Origin: an uncultured Nitrospinaceae bacterium
GTDB taxonomy: Bacteria; UBA8248
Direction: 5' to 3'
NCBI GenBank assembly: GCA_964440505.1
Contig: CAYTSP010000257.1
Span: 8,756 to 72,755, forward strand
DNA length: 64,000 bases
How positions within the stretch are numbered: the stretch's first letter is position 1; the number at the start of each line of letters is the position of its first letter. Under the pieces are notes generated by a model. It had not been told where the DNA came from. It ran no database searches and was given only the letters and a program-made list of their open reading frames with translations. Made by a program: the position numbers and the translations under genes. Shown here one piece after another: positions 59,717 to 64,000 of this stretch.

Positions 59717-61390
59717 CTACATTTTCTCGGGAGCGGAGACCCCCAGCAAATTCAAACCGTTCTTCAAGACGATTTGTACGCACTTCGCAAGACACAGGCG
59801 GGCGCGGGTGAGCCCATCGCCCTGACCCAATATGCGGTTGCGATTATAATAGGCATGAAATTGTTTGGCGAGAGCGATGAGGCCGAATGTAACGTGGTGG
59901 GGCTCGAGCCTATCCCCCGCGGTCCGCACGACATCGGGCCATTCGAGGAGATTCTTCATGAGCTGGCGCTCCTCGTCCAGCACGAGCACGCCGGGCGGCG
60001 GCTCATCGAGACCACCGGACGACTCGCCCTCTTCCGCCGCCTGCCGGAAAAGGCTGCAAGCGCGCGCGTGTGCGTACTGCACGTAATAGACCGGATTCTC
60101 GCTGCTTTGCTCTTTCGCCAAATCCAGGTCGAACTCGAGCGCCGTGTCCGCGCTCCTCATCAGGAAGAAGAAGCGGGCCGCGTCCACGCCCACCTCATCC
60201 ACCACGGCGGACAATTCCTCGAATTCGCCCGCGCGCGTGCTCATCTGCACCGCCTCTCCGCCGCGGCGCAAGCTGACGAACTGAACGAAGAGAACGTCGA
60301 GCTTGTCGGGGTCATGGCCGAGCATTCCCATCGACGCGCGCACCCGTGGCAAATACCCGTGATGATCCGCTCCCCAGATGTTGATATAGCGATCGAAGCC
60401 TCGCTCGTACTTGAGGTGGTGATAGGCGATGTCCGACGCCAGATAGGTCGGGCGGCCATCGTCCCGCACGACGACGCGATCTTTTTCATCGCCATACGCA
60501 CTCGAAGCGAGCCACTTGGCCCCGTCTTTCTCATAGAGTTTCCCGTTCGCTTCGAGCGCGGTGATTGCTTCCTCGATCCTGTTCCCGTTTTCTGTGAACA
60601 GCGAAGACTCGCTGAACCATTCATCGAAACGAACGCGGAACCCGGAGAGGGATTTTTCTATATCCTCCAGTATCAAATCCTTGGCGATGACACCCGCCTG
60701 CGAGAGAAGCGCTTGCTCATCCTCCAGGGCGCCGATTCCCTCGCGGAACCTCGGGGATTTCACAATCTCATGAATGTATTCTCCCTGGTAGCCGTCCTCG
60801 GGAAAGGGTACCGCATCTCCTTTCACATCCTGCAAATAACGCGCGTAGGCCGATTTCGCCAGCGTCTCTATCTGGTTGCCCGCGTCGTTGATGTAATACT
60901 CCCGGTGCACGCGAAAGCCCGAGGCCTCCAACACGCGCCCCAGAACGTCGCCCAGCGCCGCTCCCCGGCCGTGGCCGACGTGAAGCGGCCCCGTGGGGTT
61001 CGCGCTCACGAACTCCAGGTGAACGGATTTCCCTGCGCCCGATTCATTTTTTCCAAAGTCATCCGGCGAGGACAATATCTCCCCCAGCTTCGCGCACAGG
61101 AAATCTCCGTCGAGATACAAGTTGATGAAGCCCGGCTTTTCGACACGAACGTCTCTCAAAAACCCTTCGGGCGCCTCGAGGTGCTTGACGATCCGCTCCG
61201 CAATCACCAGGGGCGCCTTGCGCTCGGCCCTGGCCAGCGTCATCGCGATGTTGCACGAAAAATCGCCGAACGCCTCGTTCGGCGGGGTCTCGATGACGAC
61301 CGCCGGCTTCTCCTCGGAAGTCAAGTCACCCGCCGCGCGCGCGCTTTCGAATGCGTTCTCGAATATGGGGATTATCAGTTCCTTCAGCAC
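59717..61390 (-). CDS. argS: Arginine--tRNA ligase
   Basis: HIGH-type motif (ANPTGPLHVGHGR), DALR anticodon-binding domain. 557 aa. Confidence 0.93.
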   Translation of the reverse strand: MLKELIIPIFENAFESARAAGDLTSEEKPAVVIETPPNEAFGDFSCNIAMTLARAERKAPLVIAERIVKHLEAPEGFLRDVRVEKPGFINLYLDGDFLCAKLGEILSSPDDFGKNESGAGKSVHLEFVSANPTGPLHVGHGRGAALGDVLGRVLEASGFRVHREYYINDAGNQIETLAKSAYARYLQDVKGDAVPFPEDGYQGEYIHEIVKSPRFREGIGALEDEQALLSQAGVIAKDLILEDIEKSLSGFRVRFDEWFSESSLFTENGNRIEEAITALEANGKLYEKDGAKWLASSAYGDEKDRVVVRDDGRPTYLASDIAYHHLKYERGFDRYINIWGADHHGYLPRVRASMGMLGHDPDKLDVLFVQFVSLRRGGEAVQMSTRAGEFEELSAVVDEVGVDAARFFFLMRSADTALEFDLDLAKEQSSENPVYYVQYAHARACSLFRQAAEEGESSGGLDEPPPGVLVLDEERQLMKNLLEWPDVVRTAGDRLEPHHVTFGLIALAKQFHAYYNRNRILGQGDGLTRARLCLAKCVQIVLKNGLNLLGVSAPEKM

Positions 61391-61456
61391 GTAAGCCTCA
61401 TCAAAAGAACAACCCGCCCGGACGAGAGGAACAAATACCGCCCCTGCGGGATTCCG

Positions 61457-62209
61457 TCAACGCGAGGCGCGGGTATGGCCTGAACGCCGGGGCAAAGTCT
61501 TTCCGGCGTGGTATTGCAGAAACGCCTCCGCGCACCCGATGATCTCGGGCCCCAGCGAAGCGGCGAACCGAATGGAAAAACACTTCTCGGGCGAGAGGCG
61601 AAGAATCTCTCTCATCGCGGCGACTGCGCCGGCGCGCAGGCGCTTCTCCCGCGCCGCCGGCTCAGGGCAACTCGCGCAGCGAAGCTCCCCCGTGGCGATA
61701 TCGAAGCGCGCCGCCTCGCTTCCCGGTCTTATCTCGCACGCCGCGCAATAGTCGAGGCTCGGGTCGAGGCCCATCGTCCTGAGCAGCATGAGAAGGAAGA
61801 CCCCCTCCATGCCCGCCGTGCCGGCGCCCGCCTCCAGCGCCTCGAGCGAGGAGCGGAGCAACCAAAAGTGCGCGCTCTCGCCCTCATCCACACCCAATAC
61901 CGAATCCAGTATCTTCAAAAGGCGCGACGCCGCCCGCATGGCCTCATAATCCTTCCAGAGCCTCTGGTAGACCCGGGTCGCCTCGCATTTTCGCATCGTG
62001 CCCAAATCCGAGCCGCCGCGCCGGCTCCATTCGATATGGCTCTCGCTCGCGGGCTCGAGTCCCACGCCCACCCTCGACTTCGCCGAGCGCACGCCCTTCG
62101 CCACCAGGCGCACTTTCCCCTGACCTTTGCTCAGAAACGTCACTATCATGCTCGTGTTCGAGTATGGGCGTGCGCCCAGGACAATGGCTTCGTCGCTCAG
62201 AATGGCCAA
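61457..62209 (-). CDS. recO: DNA repair protein RecO
   Basis: N-terminal OB-fold pattern ([26 protein letters not shown]) and a C-terminal zinc-binding CxxC...CxxC. 250 aa. Confidence 0.85.
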   Translation of the reverse strand: MAILSDEAIVLGARPYSNTSMIVTFLSKGQGKVRLVAKGVRSAKSRVGVGLEPASESHIEWSRRGGSDLGTMRKCEATRVYQRLWKDYEAMRAASRLLKILDSVLGVDEGESAHFWLLRSSLEALEAGAGTAGMEGVFLLMLLRTMGLDPSLDYCAACEIRPGSEAARFDIATGELRCASCPEPAAREKRLRAGAVAAMREILRLSPEKCFSIRFAASLGPEIIGCAEAFLQYHAGKTLPRRSGHTRASR

Positions 62210-62317
62210 GAAAACGCCTCCCGACTACCCTTTTTTTCAGGCCTTGACGAAATCGGGCGGATGAGAGATAGTTTGCGACCGGAACGATTCTATTTTCTGT
62301 CGCTTCATAACTCAAAT

Positions 62318-62323
62318 GGGAGG
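62318..62323 (+). promoter_or_regulatory. Shine-Dalgarno (GGGAGG) for rpsU
   Basis: GGGAGG lies 12 nt upstream of the rpsU ATG at 62336. Confidence 0.4.
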
Positions 62324-62335
62324 TATACGACCAAT

Positions 62336-62524
62336 ATGCCAGGAGTGAAAGTACACGAAGGTGAATCCATCGACAAGGCTTTGAAACAGTTCAAGAAACA
62401 ATGTGAAAAATCAGGCATCCTCACGGAAATCAAAAAGCGCGAGTATTATGAGAAGCCAAGCGTGAAGCGCAAGAGAAAGATACTCGCCGCGCACAAAAAG
62501 CGCATGCGCGCCCAGAACCGCTAA
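62336..62524 (+). CDS. rpsU: 30S ribosomal protein S21
   Basis: [48 protein letters not shown] is the classic S21 sequence, 62 aa. It is the 3' part of a long spurious ORF (61508..62524) in the track. Confidence 0.9.
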   Translation: MPGVKVHEGESIDKALKQFKKQCEKSGILTEIKKREYYEKPSVKRKRKILAAHKKRMRAQNR

Positions 62525-62526
62525 GC

Positions 62527-63516
62527 CTAGACATTCTCATAGCCGAGTTCGGAAAGCGCGGCGTCCTTTTGCCGCCAGTTCGGCTTGATGCGCACCTTGA
62601 GGCCGAGATATATATGCTCGCCCAGCCGCCGTTCGATCTCTTTTCTCGATAATTCTCCGATTTTCCTGATCTGAGAACCTCCCTTCCCCACCAGAATCCC
62701 CCGCTGGCTCTTCCGCTCCACATAGATTTCCGCCTCGACGTGCAACAGGCCGGAACCCTCGGCGCGCTCCATTTCGCGCACCTTCACCGCCACGGCGTAT
62801 GGAATCTCCTTGTGCAGCAGGCGGTACGCCTGCTCGCGAACGAATTCCTCTATCAGGAGCGCTTCGCTCACGTCCGTCGTCATATCGGGGGAAAAGTACC
62901 TCGGACCCTCGGGAAGCGCCCCGATGATGTCTTTCACCAGCGGCTCCACGTTGTCTCCCTTGAGCGCTGAAACGGGATAGGCGCTCTTGAACCCGTCGTC
63001 TTCGGCGTATTTCGCCAGAACGGGCAGGAGCTTCGCCTTGTCCTTGATCCGGTCCACCTTGTTGATGACGAGAAATGCGGGCACGCCCGCATCCTCGATC
63101 AACGCGAGCGCATTCTCGTCCGCCTCCCCTTCGGCGTCGTCCGTCATGAACAGGGCGAGGTCCGCCCCCGAGCAGGCGGCCTTCACCTCTTCGAGCAAGA
63201 AACGCCCGAGTTTCGATGCGGGGCGCTCGAGACCCGGCGTATCGAAAAAAGCCGCCTGCGCGTCTTCCGTGTTCAACACGCCGAGAAGCCTGCGCCTCGT
63301 GGTGCCCGGCTTGCGGGTGACGATGGCGAGCTTTTCCCCGAGGATGCGGTTGAGCAGCGTGGATTTGCCCACGTTCGGGCGTCCGATGATGGCGATGAAG
63401 CCCGAGCGAAATCCCTCGGGCGTCTCATGGCGGGTTTCGCCGCTTCTCAGGATTTTATCGAGGTCGAGCGTACGCGCGTCGCCCCGGGTTCGAGGCGCCC
63501 TCTTCTTCGGCGACAC
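62527..63516 (-). CDS. era: GTPase Era
   Basis: G1 GRPNVGKST, G3 DTPG, G4 NKVD, C-terminal KH domain. The basic N-terminal extension in the ORF is probably not translated. Confidence 0.92.
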   Translation of the reverse strand: MSPKKRAPRTRGDARTLDLDKILRSGETRHETPEGFRSGFIAIIGRPNVGKSTLLNRILGEKLAIVTRKPGTTRRRLLGVLNTEDAQAAFFDTPGLERPASKLGRFLLEEVKAACSGADLALFMTDDAEGEADENALALIEDAGVPAFLVINKVDRIKDKAKLLPVLAKYAEDDGFKSAYPVSALKGDNVEPLVKDIIGALPEGPRYFSPDMTTDVSEALLIEEFVREQAYRLLHKEIPYAVAVKVREMERAEGSGLLHVEAEIYVERKSQRGILVGKGGSQIRKIGELSRKEIERRLGEHIYLGLKVRIKPNWRQKDAALSELGYENV

Positions 63517-63525
63517 CCGCGCGCC

Positions 63526-64000
63526 CTACCGGAACGTCCCGTCGATGCCAAGCTCCCTGAGCTGAAGGCGCTCGACCGAGGCCGGCGCGCCGGTCATCAG
63601 GCAGGTGGCTTTCTGGGTCTTGGGAAACGCGATGACGTCGCGGATGGAGGGAGCGCCCGTCAAAAGCATCATGATGCGGTCCAGACCGAACGCGATTCCC
63701 CCGTGGGGCGGCGTGCCGAACTCGAGCGCCTCCATGAAAAAGCCGAAGCGCCGCTGCGCCTCTTCTTCGTCCATGTCCAGGGCGGCGAACATTTTCTGCT
63801 GCACGTCCCGCCGGTGGATTCGCTGGCTGCCGCCGCCGATTTCATTCCCGTTCACCACCATGTCGTAAGCCTGGGAGCGGATGGCGCCGGGGTCGGAATC
63901 GAACAGCGGGGCGTCCTCGGGTACGGGCGCCGTGAAAGGGTGGTGAAGCGCGTGAAATCGCTTCTCCGCCTCATCGTATTCGAGAAGCGGGAAGTCCACG
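63526..64000 (-). CDS. aspS: Aspartate--tRNA ligase, 3' fragment (C-terminal catalytic core; the N-terminus lies outside the window)
   Basis: Class II motif 3 region GGGSQRIHR, FGxPPHGGxAxGLDRxxML, and the C-terminus VIAFPKT. Confidence 0.85.
   Translation of the reverse strand, partial: VDFPLLEYDEAEKRFHALHHPFTAPVPEDAPLFDSDPGAIRSQAYDMVVNGNEIGGGSQRIHRRDVQQKMFAALDMDEEEAQRRFGFFMEALEFGTPPHGGIAFGLDRIMMLLTGAPSIRDVIAFPKTQKATCLMTGAPASVERLQLRELGIDGTFR

Noticed and set aside
59774-61483. Very long antisense ORFs. Examples: 59774..61483 (569 aa), 51821..53428 (535 aa), 15047..16420 (457 aa), 56650..57888 (412 aa), 48337..49569 (410 aa), 20397..21620 (407 aa), 46861..47958 (365 aa), 54827..55939 (370 aa), 61508..62524 apart from its rpsU tail.
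   Set aside because: Each is the reverse frame of a strongly conserved housekeeping gene (argS, glyQ/lysC, ftsH, aminotransferase, ppdK, ispG, hom and so on). Such stop-poor antisense frames are expected at about 58% GC, and none shows any recognisable protein motif.

Overview
This window is about 58% GC and reads as chromosomal DNA from a Gram-negative bacterium. It is dense housekeeping sequence. About 55 protein genes and one tRNA lie on the minus strand; only rpsT and rpsU are on the plus strand. I found no CRISPR array, transposon or obvious genomic island. The recognisable loci are the following. An EF-G-like 5' fragment, der, amiC, ahcY and metK. A regulatory PTS cluster (ptsH, EIIA-Man, hprK) next to rpoN, lptB, lptA and lptC. 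tsaE, nnr, pdxJ, ftsH and tilS, with a tRNA(CAU) immediately upstream of tilS. proS, ispG, rseP, lolA, purN and purM. mutS, a LapA-like gene and the ybeY / 7TM-HD phosphohydrolase / phoH operon. xerD, murJ, rpsT, holA and lptE. The nusB/ribH/ribBA/ribE/ribD operon, ppdK, glyS/glyQ, and an aspartate-family cluster (lysC, a phosphoglycerate-mutase-like gene, hom, an aminotransferase). lipA, a SPOR-domain protein, argS, recO, rpsU, era and a 3' fragment of aspS. The most unusual feature is an NtrY/NtrX-like two-component operon (DUF4390, ntrY-like kinase, ntrX-like regulator). Its response regulator has a receiver domain, an AAA+ module that looks degenerate, and a Fis-type HTH. It is fused in one continuous reading frame to a complete LpxC domain with its catalytic residues intact. 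LpxC is the committed step of lipid A synthesis, and this 710-aa fusion is not an architecture I recognise. Lesser observations: a PGM-family gene between lysC and hom (a likely non-orthologous homoserine kinase); a tRNA-CAU/tilS pairing next to a 530-bp AT-rich spacer; a standalone PepA-N-terminal-like domain protein coupled to lptE-holA; and a 15-mer shared by two intergenic regions. The ORF track prints M for non-ATG starts (rpsT and the fusion both begin with TTG), so several listed N-termini are uncertain.
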